A DNA stretch of 64,000 bases from an uncultured Rickettsiales bacterium (GTDB lineage: Bacteria; Pseudomonadota; Alphaproteobacteria; Rickettsiales; JALZUV01), in NCBI GenBank assembly GCA_964654855.1, contig CAZZJS010000005.1:68081-132080 (forward strand), in the 5' to 3' direction. The notes beneath the pieces are model-generated. The model was given only the letters and a program-made list of their open reading frames with translations, made no database searches and was not told the DNA's origin. Positions 27,700 through 38,663 of this stretch are shown piece after piece (within the stretch, counting starts at the first letter, position 1; each line of letters opens with the position of its first letter). Position numbers and translations under genes: made by a program.

Positions 27700-29646
27700 C
27701 TAGCCGTCTGCAGAGCCGGTGCTCTCATTGATAAGCTCTAATAGAATATCAGATTGCAGTTGGTTCGTTTGAGCCGCTACAGAAATTGCCGCATTATTTT
27801 GAACTTGCAAACTTGCAAATTCAGTTGAAGTTGCAAGGATATCTGTATCCGTTAAAGCGGAATGGGCATTGGTTTGATTTTGTACTAATTGGGCGGCGTT
27901 ATTAGCGATATAATCAGAACGTTGTGCAAGCGACCCTACATAAGCTCGCATGCTAGTCACTGCATTAATTGCTTTATCTATTTCTGTAGAAGCCAGCTCG
28001 GCTTCTTTGCGGGTGCCTAAAATTATATCGCCCGGATCGTCGAAGAGTGAATCGAGTGTTGCATCAACAAAAGTATATTCCAATACTTCAGAGCCGACGC
28101 CAGAAATATCAAAAGTAAGTTGCTCTGGGCCACCTATCGAGCTGCCAATGACTAAACCACCATCATTAAATTGCAATAGCTCTACATTGCTTAATATGTC
28201 GGTTCCGTTCGGGCTGCCGACGCGAGTATCGGTGATGATGTAATCGCCATTAAAATCTTGCTCGATGCTGTAATCTGAAAAATTACCACTATAAGTGACT
28301 GTATCTGTACCTAAACCACCATCAATTGTATCATTGCCATCAAGGCCACCAGAGGCTCCTCCAGGTTGACCAATTGCCGCGGTAATTTGTGCCACTTCTG
28401 CAGCATCAAGTGCATCATTATATAAAGCAAAATCACCAATTTGACCTTTGAAGAAGTCATTAATCGCATTAGTGTTATCAGCGCCGAGTTCGTTATAGCC
28501 TCTTCCCCCGGATGCTCCAAAGGTAATGTCACCTGTATGTCTCGCTTGTGGTTGGTTTACAACTCCCACTCCAATGACGGCCCCATCCAGATAAGCGGTA
28601 AAAGTATTAGCGGTCGAATCAAATACAAAACCTGCGGTGTAGGTAGTGAAAGTGGAAATAGGCACTGAAAGGAAATGATCAAAGTCAGCCCCGTTATTTC
28701 TCCATGCCCCTACATAAAGATTATTATTGTTAATATGAAAGCTGAAGCCATTTACTTGTGCGCCCTCTTCATAAATATACTGCCTGTTGGAAATGTCATC
28801 GCTAGTGGTAAAGTTCAAAAATATGCTGCGTAAAGGATGTATTACATCATTGATATCACCAGTATTATTGACGTTTAGATGGTCATTTATTCCATCAAAG
28901 TCGAGAACGTTACTTCCGCCCTGTGCGATGAGGCGAGGTTGAGAGGATGCTACATTTTGAAAAGCAGTATTACCATTCCCGCTAGTGTCATTGATCGACT
29001 GCACAGCACCACCGTTCAATGTTAAGCTGGAAGCGTCATTGGCTGCGATAACTACCGCTGCGCCTGGAGGTATGGGGACCGTACCATCGCTACCAGCATT
29101 AATGATATCATCACCTGCACCAGCAAGCACAAGATCGTTGCCACCAAAGGCATTAATGGTCTCACCTATTTCGCTTCCTAATACGGTTTCGCCTGCATTT
29201 GTACCAAGGATGGTTTGCGTTATCCCTTCATAGCGATAGCCATTTAGTACTTGGGTGCCATTAAAGTTGGTGGTTTCTGCTAATCGGTCAATTTCTTTTT
29301 TGAGTGCTTGAAGCTCAATATCCAGATAGCCGCGCTCAGTTTGCGTTATGCCATCACTACTTGCTTGAACGGAGAGCGATTTCATACGTAACAACAGTTC
29401 TTGAACATTAGAAAGTCCACTATCAGCAACTTGAAAAAGGCTGATAGCCTGTGTGACATTGGATTGTACTGCACGCGTCGATTCAATATGGTTTCTAAGC
29501 GTAGAGGCAACAGACAGGCTCGCTGTATCAACTTGCGCGCTGGTGAGTCGGTTGCCCGATGCAAGTTGATCAATTGTCGTTTCAATTTTCTTACGCAAAC
29601 GCGAGGTCGAAACATTCAAACGATTATTTAGCGACGTTAAATCCAA
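27700..29646 (-). CDS. Atypical flagellin with RTX-like repeats and a LamG/concanavalin-like insert
   Basis: Flagellin N (LASGNRL, QVADSGL, EIDRLAETTNFNG) and C (RAYVGSLAQR, DTDILATST, AAQTN) domains around GGND/GAGDD/DGNDTIDGGLG repeats and a FDGINDHL..YLDG..GQIGDFALYN domain; TTG start. Confidence 0.85.
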   Translation of the reverse strand: MDLTSLNNRLNVSTSRLRKKIETTIDQLASGNRLTSAQVDTASLSVASTLRNHIESTRAVQSNVTQAISLFQVADSGLSNVQELLLRMKSLSVQASSDGITQTERGYLDIELQALKKEIDRLAETTNFNGTQVLNGYRYEGITQTILGTNAGETVLGSEIGETINAFGGNDLVLAGAGDDIINAGSDGTVPIPPGAAVVIAANDASSLTLNGGAVQSINDTSGNGNTAFQNVASSQPRLIAQGGSNVLDFDGINDHLNVNNTGDINDVIHPLRSIFLNFTTSDDISNRQYIYEEGAQVNGFSFHINNNNLYVGAWRNNGADFDHFLSVPISTFTTYTAGFVFDSTANTFTAYLDGAVIGVGVVNQPQARHTGDITFGASGGRGYNELGADNTNAINDFFKGQIGDFALYNDALDAAEVAQITAAIGQPGGASGGLDGNDTIDGGLGTDTVTYSGNFSDYSIEQDFNGDYIITDTRVGSPNGTDILSNVELLQFNDGGLVIGSSIGGPEQLTFDISGVGSEVLEYTFVDATLDSLFDDPGDIILGTRKEAELASTEIDKAINAVTSMRAYVGSLAQRSDYIANNAAQLVQNQTNAHSALTDTDILATSTEFASLQVQNNAAISVAAQTNQLQSDILLELINESTGSADG

Positions 29647-29691
29647 AATTCTCTCACTAATGTCATTTTACTTTTTCTTACACAAATTCTA

Positions 29692-29708
29692 AGCAAATTT
29701 TGTGCCAA
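29692..29708 (-). promoter_or_regulatory. Sigma54 (-24/-12) promoter of the flagellin gene
   Basis: Minus strand TTGGCAC-AAAAT-TTGCT matches TGGCAC-N5-TTGC, about 45 nt upstream of the start. Confidence 0.8.
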
Positions 29709-29802
29709 TTTGAGCGAGTATGTCTTTTGTAGTTTGCAATAATCTTAAAGAAGAATGAATCAATGCTTTAGAAATGCAAGAATTCCGGTTAAAACCGCTC
29801 CT

Positions 29803-31194
29803 ATGACAGAAGAATCTTCAAATCCAATGTGGGGTGGGCGCTTTACTGGTGGCCCTGCTAAAATTATGGAGGAGCTCAACGCTTCGATCCATTTTGATAA
29901 ACGTATGGCGGCGCAAGATATTGCTGGCTCGCTGGCGCATGCGGCGATGCTGGCAAAAACTGGCATTTTAACAGATGAAGAAGTGGCGCAAATTAGCCAA
30001 GGTTTACGTGAGATTTTGGTGGAGATTGAAGCGGGTGATTTCGTCTTTAAGCCAGAGCTTGAAGATATTCACATGAATGTTGAATCTCGTTTGCGTGAGA
30101 AAATTGGTGCGGTTTCAGGTAAGCTGCACACGGCGCGTTCGCGCAATGACCAAGTGGCGACGGATTTTAAACTTTGGACGCGTGATGCGATTGATGGCTT
30201 GGATAAAGACTTACAATCCGTACAATCTTCTCTGATCGGCCAAGCCGCACAACATGCAGAATCGGTAATGCCTGGTTTTACACATTTGCAGCCAGCACAG
30301 CCCGTCACATTTGGTCATCATTTGCTGGCTTATGTGGAGATGTTTGGCCGTGATCGTGCTCGTTTAAAGGATGCGCGTGCGCGTTTGAATGAATGTCCGC
30401 TAGGTTCGGCAGCTTTGGCCGGAACCGGTTTTGCGATTGATCGCGAGCAAACGGCAAGTGCATTAGGGTTTGATAAACCTACGGTGAACTCACTCGATGC
30501 GGTATCTGATCGTGACTTTGCTTTGGAGTTTTTGAGCGTTGCTGCGATGACTGCGATGCATCTTTCACGGCTAGGTGAAGAGCTTGTCATGTGGGGTTCG
30601 CCTGCCTTTGGTTTTGTGACCCATTCGGATAGCTTCTCCACCGGAAGCTCTATTATGCCGCAGAAAAAGAATCCCGATGCAGCGGAACTAGTGCGCGGAA
30701 AAATTGGCCGAATCGCCAGCCAGTTTGATAGGTTGTTATTGGTGATGAAAGGGCTACCTCTCGCCTATAATAAAGATACGCAGGAAGATAAAGAACCTGT
30801 ATTTGAAGCGGCAGAACAGCTCTCATTGTGCTTGCAAGTAACGGCAGGAATGATCGAAAAACTCACCGTGCATCCAGAGAAAATGCGTGCTGCTTGTGCG
30901 GATGGTTTCCTGACTGCGACCGATTTAGCCGATTGGCTGGTGCGTGAACTTGGACTTCCTTTCCGCGATGCTCACCATGCGACAGCGGCTGCCGTAGAAA
31001 AGGCGCAAGCTGCTAATTGTGAGCTGCATGAACTGCCATTGGAAGCGTTGCAAGAGGTCCATGGCGAGATTACTGATGCGGTGTTTGAAGTGCTTTCGGT
31101 AGAGGCATCCGTCGCCAGCCGTACGAGCTTTGGTGGAACCTCGCCTATACGTGTGAAGGAATCAGTGGAAGCGGCAAAGAAGCGTTATCTCTAG
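29803..31194 (+). CDS. argH: Argininosuccinate lyase
   Basis: [24 protein letters not shown]; start at ATG 29803. Confidence 0.96.
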   Translation: MTEESSNPMWGGRFTGGPAKIMEELNASIHFDKRMAAQDIAGSLAHAAMLAKTGILTDEEVAQISQGLREILVEIEAGDFVFKPELEDIHMNVESRLREKIGAVSGKLHTARSRNDQVATDFKLWTRDAIDGLDKDLQSVQSSLIGQAAQHAESVMPGFTHLQPAQPVTFGHHLLAYVEMFGRDRARLKDARARLNECPLGSAALAGTGFAIDREQTASALGFDKPTVNSLDAVSDRDFALEFLSVAAMTAMHLSRLGEELVMWGSPAFGFVTHSDSFSTGSSIMPQKKNPDAAELVRGKIGRIASQFDRLLLVMKGLPLAYNKDTQEDKEPVFEAAEQLSLCLQVTAGMIEKLTVHPEKMRAACADGFLTATDLADWLVRELGLPFRDAHHATAAAVEKAQAANCELHELPLEALQEVHGEITDAVFEVLSVEASVASRTSFGGTSPIRVKESVEAAKKRYL

Positions 31195-32327
31195 ACCGTT
31201 CGGTTAGAACCAGAAGGCACTTGGCTCGATTTATCAACCCAAGTGTTGGCGGGTGATGGTTTGTGTTTTTCGAGTGCTTCACTCAGTTTGCTAATGGTAG
31301 CCTCTTTGCTGAGCGTTTCGATACCAATTTCTTTTTGATGACTTAAATATTCAGCGGTTTGTTCAATTAATGCCGTTTGTTTTTCTTTAGGCTGAGCCTG
31401 TATGATAGTGCCAAGTTCGTGCAATAATGTTTCACGCGCATCTGCTAGAACATTTGCATCGCCACTCGCGCCTTTTTTCGTTCCCATCAATGTTAGGTTA
31501 CTAAAAACATAACTTGCAGCCGTAAGTGCGCGGAACATCCAAATATTTTTAAAGACAGAGCTTTGACTACGAGCGAGGTTGATTTTTCCTTGTTCAGTTT
31601 GAGGGTCTGCTAAGGGTTTGTTATAGCGATTATAACGCTCAATAGAGCTTTTAGCAGTGAAAAAATTATTAGCAAAGTAAAGGCCACCCGTCACTGCGAG
31701 TGCATTTTTCTGCAAGGTTGCTTGAATGCCCGTAGTGCCAGCTTCTGCCAATTGTTTCGGTGTTTTTTCTTTAATCAGTAACCCTGCTAATGCGCCTGAC
31801 ATAATCAATATGCCCATCCCTAAGGTTCCGACATTAGTTTTACCCTCGGCTTTACCTTTTTGGAAATCTTTCCAGCCATCAGAAATAAGAAGAGTCGATA
31901 AAAGACCGTAACTGGCATTTAAAATTTCAGTTGGGTATTTATAGCAGAAATCCTCAATTTTACCAAAAAAGTTTTTATTGTTTTCGCGTTTTGCTCGCTG
32001 CACATAATCGGTTGATAATTGGATACCTTCTTTTTCAAAATGAGCGGCAAGCTTATCGTGCAGAGCAGAAAGTTGATCTGCAACAGGGCGTTTTCCGTAT
32101 TTTGCCATCGCTGCACCACCAATGGCAAAGCCACCACCAACGGCAAGTTCTTTAATACCACTTGAGAGCGCGTCTTTATCGCCTTCTTTGATGCCTTGGC
32201 GCATATTAATAACGCCTTCAATAGCGAGCGCAGCATCGCCAATGAGGTAGCCAATGCCCGATAGTTTGCGTCGATTCTTATCAAACCAACCGTTTTCAGC
32301 CTCTATATTTGTATCTTTTGAGTTCAT
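31191..32327 (-). CDS. Orphan protein with multiple hydrophobic/amphipathic helices
   Basis: 378-aa ORF, Gly/Ala-rich hydrophobic segments, no signal peptide; resembles 42175-43899. Confidence 0.75.
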   Translation of the reverse strand: MNSKDTNIEAENGWFDKNRRKLSGIGYLIGDAALAIEGVINMRQGIKEGDKDALSSGIKELAVGGGFAIGGAAMAKYGKRPVADQLSALHDKLAAHFEKEGIQLSTDYVQRAKRENNKNFFGKIEDFCYKYPTEILNASYGLLSTLLISDGWKDFQKGKAEGKTNVGTLGMGILIMSGALAGLLIKEKTPKQLAEAGTTGIQATLQKNALAVTGGLYFANNFFTAKSSIERYNRYNKPLADPQTEQGKINLARSQSSVFKNIWMFRALTAASYVFSNLTLMGTKKGASGDANVLADARETLLHELGTIIQAQPKEKQTALIEQTAEYLSHQKEIGIETLSKEATISKLSEALEKHKPSPANTWVDKSSQVPSGSNRTV

Positions 32328-32351
32328 CTCACTCTCACATTAGCAAATTTA

Positions 32352-32368
32352 TGTTACGGTCTTGTGAA
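32352..32368 (-). promoter_or_regulatory. Shared OmpR/PhoB-type direct repeat upstream of orphan gene
   Basis: Minus strand TTCACAAGACCGTAACA, then 7 nt and GCTA. Confidence 0.5.
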
Positions 32369-32417
32369 GGTGTATGGATTTTGTTAGAAATAACCCCTTA
32401 TTTACAAGGATTTTTTG

Positions 32418-34019
32418 ATGACAGACCCAAAAACACTCGCATTAGAGGCTAAAGCATGGCCATTTAAAGAAGCTGCGAATTTGGTGAAACGCTTTAAAAA
32501 GCAATCCCCTTCAAAAGGTTATGCGTTGTTTGAGACCGGCTATGGCCCCTCTGGTTTGCCGCATTTAGGCACATTTCAGGAAGTGGCGCGTACTTGTATG
32601 GTGATGCGCGCATTTGAAGAAATGTCTGATATTCCGACCAAACTTTTCTGTATTTCGGATGATATGGATGGAATGCGTAAAATTCCGGAGAATTTACCGC
32701 AACAGGAAATGTTGACAGAGCACCTGCATAAGCCGCTAACCCATGTGCCCGATCCATTTGGCACGCATGAGAGTTTTGGTGATCATATGAACGCCAAATT
32801 GAACGAATTTCTTGATCATTTCGGCTTTGATTATGAGTTTAAATCAGCGACTGATCTTTATAAAGATGGCACCTATGATGCGGCGCTGAAAAAAGCGGTA
32901 GAACGTTATGATGCGATTATGAAAGTTATGCTGCCAAGCTTGGGTGAAGAGCGTCAGAAAACCTATAGTCCGTTCTTGCCAATATCGCCCAAAACAGGCC
33001 GTGTACTTTATGTGCCGATGAAAGCGGTGGATAAAGAAAATTACACTATTACCTTTGATGATGAGGATGGCACGGAAGTGACGATGCCAGTGACTGGCGG
33101 CCAATGTAAGCTGCAATGGAAGCCTGATTTTGGCATGCGCTGGGCCGCACTGGAAGTGGATTTTGAGATGTATGGTAAAGACCATCTCGTGAATGGAAAA
33201 CTCTATTCGGCCATCACGCGGATTTTGGGTGGTAACCCGCCGGAGCAGTTTAGCTACGAGCTATTTTTGGATGAAAAAGGCGGTAAAATCTCGAAATCTA
33301 AAGGCAATGGCCTGACGATTGATGAATGGCTCACTTATGCGCCGCGTGAATCGCTTGCTTATTATCTCTATCAATCGCCGAAAAAGGCAAAGCGCCTTTA
33401 TTTCGATGTGATCCCTAAAGCGGTGGATGATTATCGCACGCATCTTGCAAAATATCAGGAGCAGGATGAGCTCGCTCGATTGGAGAATCCTGTGTGGCAC
33501 ATCCACGCTGGCAATCCGCCAGAAGTGGAATTGGCCGATGTGAGTTTTGCCTTACTACTTAACTTGGCGAGCGTGTGTAACCCTGAAGATAAATCCGTGC
33601 TTTGGGGCTTTATTGGGCAATATGCTGAAGGTGCGACGCCGGAGAAATATCCGGCTCTCGATGCGCTGGCAGGCTACGCCGTACGCTATTATCACGACTT
33701 TGTGAAGCCAACGAAATCTTATCGTGCAGCGACAGAAAAAGAACAAAATGCGCTGAATTATCTCGTAGAATTACTGCGCGAAGATACGTCTCCTGAAGAA
33801 GATGAGAGCCTCTCTAGCCATTATATGAGTAAGGTCTATACGGTTGGTCGCGAGCATTACGGCAAAGAGAATATGCGCGAATGGTTCGGCGCGATGTATG
33901 AAGTGCTGCTCGGCCAAACTCAAGGCCCACGCATGGGAAGTTTCATCGCACTTTACGGCAAAAATGAAACGCTAAACCTTGTTGAGAAAGCCTTAAAAGG
34001 CGAGGATATGGCGGCGTGA
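32418..34019 (+). CDS. lysS: Lysine-tRNA ligase, class I
   Basis: ETGYGPSGLPHLGT, KLQWKPDF, KISKSKGN, GPRMGSF. Confidence 0.96.
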   Translation: MTDPKTLALEAKAWPFKEAANLVKRFKKQSPSKGYALFETGYGPSGLPHLGTFQEVARTCMVMRAFEEMSDIPTKLFCISDDMDGMRKIPENLPQQEMLTEHLHKPLTHVPDPFGTHESFGDHMNAKLNEFLDHFGFDYEFKSATDLYKDGTYDAALKKAVERYDAIMKVMLPSLGEERQKTYSPFLPISPKTGRVLYVPMKAVDKENYTITFDDEDGTEVTMPVTGGQCKLQWKPDFGMRWAALEVDFEMYGKDHLVNGKLYSAITRILGGNPPEQFSYELFLDEKGGKISKSKGNGLTIDEWLTYAPRESLAYYLYQSPKKAKRLYFDVIPKAVDDYRTHLAKYQEQDELARLENPVWHIHAGNPPEVELADVSFALLLNLASVCNPEDKSVLWGFIGQYAEGATPEKYPALDALAGYAVRYYHDFVKPTKSYRAATEKEQNALNYLVELLREDTSPEEDESLSSHYMSKVYTVGREHYGKENMREWFGAMYEVLLGQTQGPRMGSFIALYGKNETLNLVEKALKGEDMAA

Positions 34020-34834
34020 ATTTCCTAACGATTGCCGAAAATTATGATGCATTTTTATGTGACCTGTGGGGCGTGATTCATGACGGTGATGAGCTTTATG
34101 ATGGTGTGCTAGAGTCGCTCGAAGCGTTACACCAAATGGGTAAAAAGCTTGTGTTTCTCTCTAATGCACCACGGCTTGCGGAGACGATTTTTACGCGTAT
34201 GGATGGTATGGGCGTTAAGCGCGAATGGTATCTCGGGGGGATGACATCGGGCGAAGCGGCAGTGAAATATTTACAGCAAAAGCCTGAGCGTTTTAGCGGT
34301 AAATATTATTACCTTGGGCTTGAGAAAGATGAAGGCATGTTACCGCTTATCCCACAGCAGCGCGTGGATTCAATCCAAGAAGCGGATTTTCTTTTTAATG
34401 GGAATTTTGAAGCGCTCGGTCAAACTTACCCTGATATCCAGCCTATTGTGGAGGCTGCTATTGCACGTAATTTGCCAATGCTTTGCATCAACCCTGATAT
34501 GGAAGTTACCAAAATGAATGGCACGCAAATTCTATGTGCTGGTTTTATCGCGGAGAAGTATATCGAACTGGGCGGCCAAGTTGAATATATCGGCAAACCG
34601 CATCCCTACGTATTTGAGTTGGGAATGGAGATGCTGGGTAATCCACCTAAAGATCGAGTGTTGATGATCGGCGATAATGTGATGACCGATATTAAAGGCG
34701 GCAATGCCGCGGGCATTGATACGGTGTTTATCACGCAAGGCATTTTGCAAAATCAGAAGTCAGGCGCGCAAACGGCAGAGGAATATTGTGCGGCGCGCGG
34801 TATCACGCCGACGCATATTGTAGAAAGCCTATAG
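34016..34834 (+). CDS. HAD-superfamily class IIA hydrolase
   Basis: CDLWGVIHDG, LSNAPR, NPD, GKP, IGDN..TDI. Confidence 0.9.
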   Translation: MNFLTIAENYDAFLCDLWGVIHDGDELYDGVLESLEALHQMGKKLVFLSNAPRLAETIFTRMDGMGVKREWYLGGMTSGEAAVKYLQQKPERFSGKYYYLGLEKDEGMLPLIPQQRVDSIQEADFLFNGNFEALGQTYPDIQPIVEAAIARNLPMLCINPDMEVTKMNGTQILCAGFIAEKYIELGGQVEYIGKPHPYVFELGMEMLGNPPKDRVLMIGDNVMTDIKGGNAAGIDTVFITQGILQNQKSGAQTAEEYCAARGITPTHIVESL

Positions 34835-36076
34835 CCACTCTGGCATTTGCTGATTGGCAATCATTTCTTCGTAACTAGGGCGTTTGCGAATCACCGCCCA
34901 GTCAGAACCGTTGACGAGCACTTCAGGAATCATCGGGCGCGAGTTATATTCATTGCTCATGCTGCCACCATAAGCGCCGCAAGAACGAATGGCGATGAGG
35001 TCATCTGACTTTGGATTGCTAAGAGGGCGGTCTTTGCCAAAGATGTCACTGCTTTCGCAAACAGGGCCGACAATATGGTGAGGGGTTGGCGTTTCGTTGT
35101 TTTCAACTACGGGCACAATTTCATGATAGGAATCGTAAAGGGATGGTCGCATCAGGTCATTCATGGCGGCATCAACGATCACATATTTATCTTTAAGGTA
35201 AATCACTTTACTTACCAAAATTCCCGCATTGGCGGCGATCATTCGGCCGGGTTCGAATAATAATGTGCCCTCAAATTCGCCAATTTCTTCGCGTACGGCT
35301 TTGGCGTAATCGGTCGGTAAGGGTGGGGTTTGGTCTTCATCGCCATAAGGCACGCCGAGGCCGCCACCAAGATCGAGCGTTTGGATGTTATGGCCAGCGG
35401 CGCGTAGCTCATTGGTCATTCCCAAAATCGCGCGGAAGGCTTGACGGAATGGCGTGAGTGAAGTGAGTTGTGAACCAATATGCATCGACACGCCTTGTAC
35501 TTTCAAGTGAGGCAAGCTGGCGGAGTAATCATAAGCTTCGCGCACCACATCAAAGGCGATACCGAATTTGCTTTCCTTTTGCCCAGTTGAAATTTTCTCG
35601 TGCGTTTGAGGGTCAACCGCTGGGTTTACTCGTAGGGCGACAGGGGCTTTTACATTGAGCGAACCAGCAACTTCATTGAGCGCATTTAGCTCTGCTTGAG
35701 ACTCAGCATTAAATTGAAAAATGCCTTCCTTTAGCGCATAAGCCATTTCCTCTTTGGTTTTGCCCACGCCAGAAAAGACGATGTCAGAGGCAGGGATGCC
35801 GGCTTTGCGAGCTGCCCGAATTTCGCCGGCAGAAACCGTATCAGCACCACAACCTTGTGCGGCGAGTGTTTTGAGAACGGCAATATTGCTATTAGCTTTG
35901 ACTGCGAAGCATACTTTGTGATCATACTCGCCAAGTACATCGTTAAAGACGTTAAAGTGATGAATAAAGGTGGCGCTAGAATAGCAGTAAAAGGGTGTGC
36001 CAACTTGTGCCGCAATGTCATGCAGTGCGATTTCCTCAGCATGTAGCTGGCCCTTTTGATAAGTAAAATGATCCAT
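34829..36076 (-). CDS. lysA: Diaminopimelate decarboxylase
   Basis: FAVKANSN, HIGSQ, EPGR, GPVCESSD, GAYG. Confidence 0.96.
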   Translation of the reverse strand: MDHFTYQKGQLHAEEIALHDIAAQVGTPFYCYSSATFIHHFNVFNDVLGEYDHKVCFAVKANSNIAVLKTLAAQGCGADTVSAGEIRAARKAGIPASDIVFSGVGKTKEEMAYALKEGIFQFNAESQAELNALNEVAGSLNVKAPVALRVNPAVDPQTHEKISTGQKESKFGIAFDVVREAYDYSASLPHLKVQGVSMHIGSQLTSLTPFRQAFRAILGMTNELRAAGHNIQTLDLGGGLGVPYGDEDQTPPLPTDYAKAVREEIGEFEGTLLFEPGRMIAANAGILVSKVIYLKDKYVIVDAAMNDLMRPSLYDSYHEIVPVVENNETPTPHHIVGPVCESSDIFGKDRPLSNPKSDDLIAIRSCGAYGGSMSNEYNSRPMIPEVLVNGSDWAVIRKRPSYEEMIANQQMPEWL

Positions 36077-36177
36077 TACTGGCTCGTGGATTGTTCTATT
36101 TTGGGTAGTTTTAAATCGGTTTTATGTCCGCAAGAGGCGGTAACAGAGAGGATCAGAATAATCAGTAAAAATCGCAT
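36076..36177 (-). CDS. 33-aa lipoprotein, LptM/YifL/LppL-like
   Basis: Below the ORF-track cutoff. MRFLLIILILSVTAS|CGHKTDLKLPKIEQSTSQ resembles the CGxKGxLxLP motif; stop overlaps the lysA ATG, a typical position for this family. Confidence 0.75.
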   Translation of the reverse strand: MRFLLIILILSVTASCGHKTDLKLPKIEQSTSQ

Positions 36178-36185
36178 CGTTATAC

Positions 36186-37652
36186 TCATGCAATCTTGAA
36201 TAAATCAGCTTGGCTTTTTCCGTCTTTTCCACCGTCTTGGTCAGTCAGTGGAATAGCATATTCACCGGTAAAGCAAGCATCGCAATAGGCGGGTGAGTCA
36301 GCATCGCGGCCCTCTTTTCCGAGTGCGCGATACACGCCATCAATACTGATAAAGGCGAGGGAATCGACACCGATATGCTGTGCCATTTCTTCAATCGACA
36401 TTTTTGCGGCGAGGAGTTTTTCGCGGCTTGGAGTATCGACACCATAGAAACAGCTATGGGTGGTTGGCGGGCTGGCAATACGCATATGTACTTCCTTCGC
36501 ACCTGCTTCGCGCACCATATTGACGATTTTTTGACTGGTCGTACCACGCACGATGGAATCATCGACTAGAACCACGCGTTTGCCTTCGAGCATCACGCGG
36601 TTGGCATTATGTTTTAGCTTCACACCGAGGTGGCGCACTTGATCGGTTGGCTCAATAAAGGTACGGCCAACATAGTGATTGCGAATAATGCCGAGTTCAA
36701 AAGGTAAGCCGGCTTGTTCGGCATAACCGATGGCAGCAGGCAGGCCAGAATCAGGAACGGGAGCAACGAGATCAGCTTCTACCAGAGCTTCCTTTGCAAG
36801 TTCAGAACCGATAGATTTACGCGCAGTGTACACATTATTGTCATCAACATAAGAGTCAGGGCGGGCGAAATAAATATATTCAAATACACAGAAACGGCTT
36901 TTTGTACGTGCGTCTGATGCGGTGTCGAATGGACGATAGCTGGTGAGTTTTCCGTCTTTAATCACCACCATTTCACCGGCTTCAATATCGCGTACCAAAG
37001 TGGCGCCGATAATATCTAACGCGCAACTCTCAGATGCGAGTACATACGCATTTCCAAGATCGCCGAGCACTAGTGGACGAACGCCGTGTGGATCACGAAC
37101 ACCAATCATACCATCAGGTGAAAGAGCAATCAGCGAGTAAGCTCCTTGAATTTGCTTTAAACCATCGATGATACGGTCAGCGACGGAGGCTTTACGACTG
37201 CGAGCGATCAAATGAACCATCACTTCTGTATCAGAAGTAGATTGGAAGATTGCGCCGCCTTTGATGAGCTCTTCACGCAGAGTATAGGCGTTGGTAAGGT
37301 TTCCATTATGCGCAAGGGCCAAACCGCCAAATGAGAATTCTGCAAAGAGCGGTTGTACGTTACGAAGATGCGGTTCACCGCTGGTAGAATAGCGATTATG
37401 GCCGATGGCTGAGTCACCCTTTAGGCGTCCGATGGTACTTTTTTTGTTGAAATTATCACCCACAAGACCGAGGGCGCGATGGGTGAAAAACTGGGTTCCA
37501 TCAAAGCTGACAATGCCTGCGGCTTCTTGGCCGCGATGCTGTAATGCGTGCAACCCAAGGGCGGTATGTGCCGCTGCCTCGTCCGTTACGCCACTAATGC
37601 CAAATACACCGCACTCCTCATGGAGTTTATCATCATCTAAGAACATGAACAT
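36186..37652 (-). CDS. purF: Amidophosphoribosyltransferase
   Basis: Propeptide then CGVFG, QHRGQE, VDDSIVRGTT, YCDACF. Confidence 0.97.
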   Translation of the reverse strand: MFMFLDDDKLHEECGVFGISGVTDEAAAHTALGLHALQHRGQEAAGIVSFDGTQFFTHRALGLVGDNFNKKSTIGRLKGDSAIGHNRYSTSGEPHLRNVQPLFAEFSFGGLALAHNGNLTNAYTLREELIKGGAIFQSTSDTEVMVHLIARSRKASVADRIIDGLKQIQGAYSLIALSPDGMIGVRDPHGVRPLVLGDLGNAYVLASESCALDIIGATLVRDIEAGEMVVIKDGKLTSYRPFDTASDARTKSRFCVFEYIYFARPDSYVDDNNVYTARKSIGSELAKEALVEADLVAPVPDSGLPAAIGYAEQAGLPFELGIIRNHYVGRTFIEPTDQVRHLGVKLKHNANRVMLEGKRVVLVDDSIVRGTTSQKIVNMVREAGAKEVHMRIASPPTTHSCFYGVDTPSREKLLAAKMSIEEMAQHIGVDSLAFISIDGVYRALGKEGRDADSPAYCDACFTGEYAIPLTDQDGGKDGKSQADLFKIA

Positions 37653-37698
37653 GATTTAACTCATTGCGTGGCTTTTGTCATCCCAATAGAATGGGCAA

Positions 37699-38352
37699 AT
37701 GAGACAAGATGATAAGATTTTAGACTATATTCGTTCCACCTTCGCGCCAGAGGATGAAATTCTGCAAGATGCCAAGGCTCGCCTATCTGCGCATGACAAT
37801 CATTTAGTGGGGATTCAAGTAGGTGCAGAAGAAGGTAAGTTACTTCAGTTTTTGATTAAATTGGCGGGTGTCAAAACTATTGTCGAGATTGGTTCATTGG
37901 CCGGATATTCAACTGTGTGGATGGCACGTGCGGTAGGTGAAGAAGGTGTTGTGCATGCGATTAATAAAGATACAGCTCATTACGAATTACTCTGCGAAAC
38001 GGTTGAGAAATCTGGTCTGAACATCCAACCACATTTAGGAGATGCGACGGATGTTTTACAGCAATTAGAGCCTCAAGCGCCGTTTGATATGGTGTTTATC
38101 GATGCAGATAAGGGCGGTTATGCTGGGTATCTTGACTGGGCAGAGAAACATGTGCGTAAAGGCGGGCTTATCGTGGGCGATAACACATTGCTATTTGGCC
38201 ATGTTATCGCTGAGCAAAAACCAGAGGGCACCAGCCAAAAAGCGTGGGAAGGTATGCGTGAATTTAATGAGAGATTGGCAGATGAAAGCCGCTATGAATC
38301 GATTTTAATTCCGACAGCAGAAGGCTTAACGGTTGCACGGAAGTTGTTCTAG
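37699..38352 (+). CDS. Class I SAM-dependent O-methyltransferase
   Basis: VEIGSLAGYS, FDMVFIDADK, GDNTL. Confidence 0.9.
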   Translation: MRQDDKILDYIRSTFAPEDEILQDAKARLSAHDNHLVGIQVGAEEGKLLQFLIKLAGVKTIVEIGSLAGYSTVWMARAVGEEGVVHAINKDTAHYELLCETVEKSGLNIQPHLGDATDVLQQLEPQAPFDMVFIDADKGGYAGYLDWAEKHVRKGGLIVGDNTLLFGHVIAEQKPEGTSQKAWEGMREFNERLADESRYESILIPTAEGLTVARKLF

Positions 38353-38642
38353 CGGGATTGTTCAAGTTCTTTCTCGATAGAAAGCTTTTCGAGTAATAAC
38401 TTATCTCGATAATCCGCTTCACGTGCTTTGCTTGCGTAACTAGAAGCGACAAAGTTTGATACTCCACCAGCAAGGTAAAGCAGAGAAATTGGTAGCATCA
38501 CTTTCTTTAATTCAGGGTTATCTATTTGATTTGATAGAAACATAGTGGAGGCTCCTATTGCAGTGAAAATACCTCCAGTAATCATACCAGTCGTTGTAAT
38601 GATGCTGCTGGGAGCTTTGGGGCGTGGAGGTAAATTGATCAT
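38349..38642 (-). CDS. Orphan 97-aa protein with two TM helices
   Basis: Two hydrophobic segments, charged C-terminus; fills the gap between genes. Confidence 0.65.
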   Translation of the reverse strand: MINLPPRPKAPSSIITTTGMITGGIFTAIGASTMFLSNQIDNPELKKVMLPISLLYLAGGVSNFVASSYASKAREADYRDKLLLEKLSIEKELEQSR

Positions 38643-38663
38643 AAAACCAATTTAGCACCTAAA

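Noticed and set aside
26430-27700. tRNA-targeted genomic island around the peptide cassette or flagellin
   Set aside because: No integrase and no duplicated tRNA 3' end seen; the cassette is on the 5' side of the tRNA.
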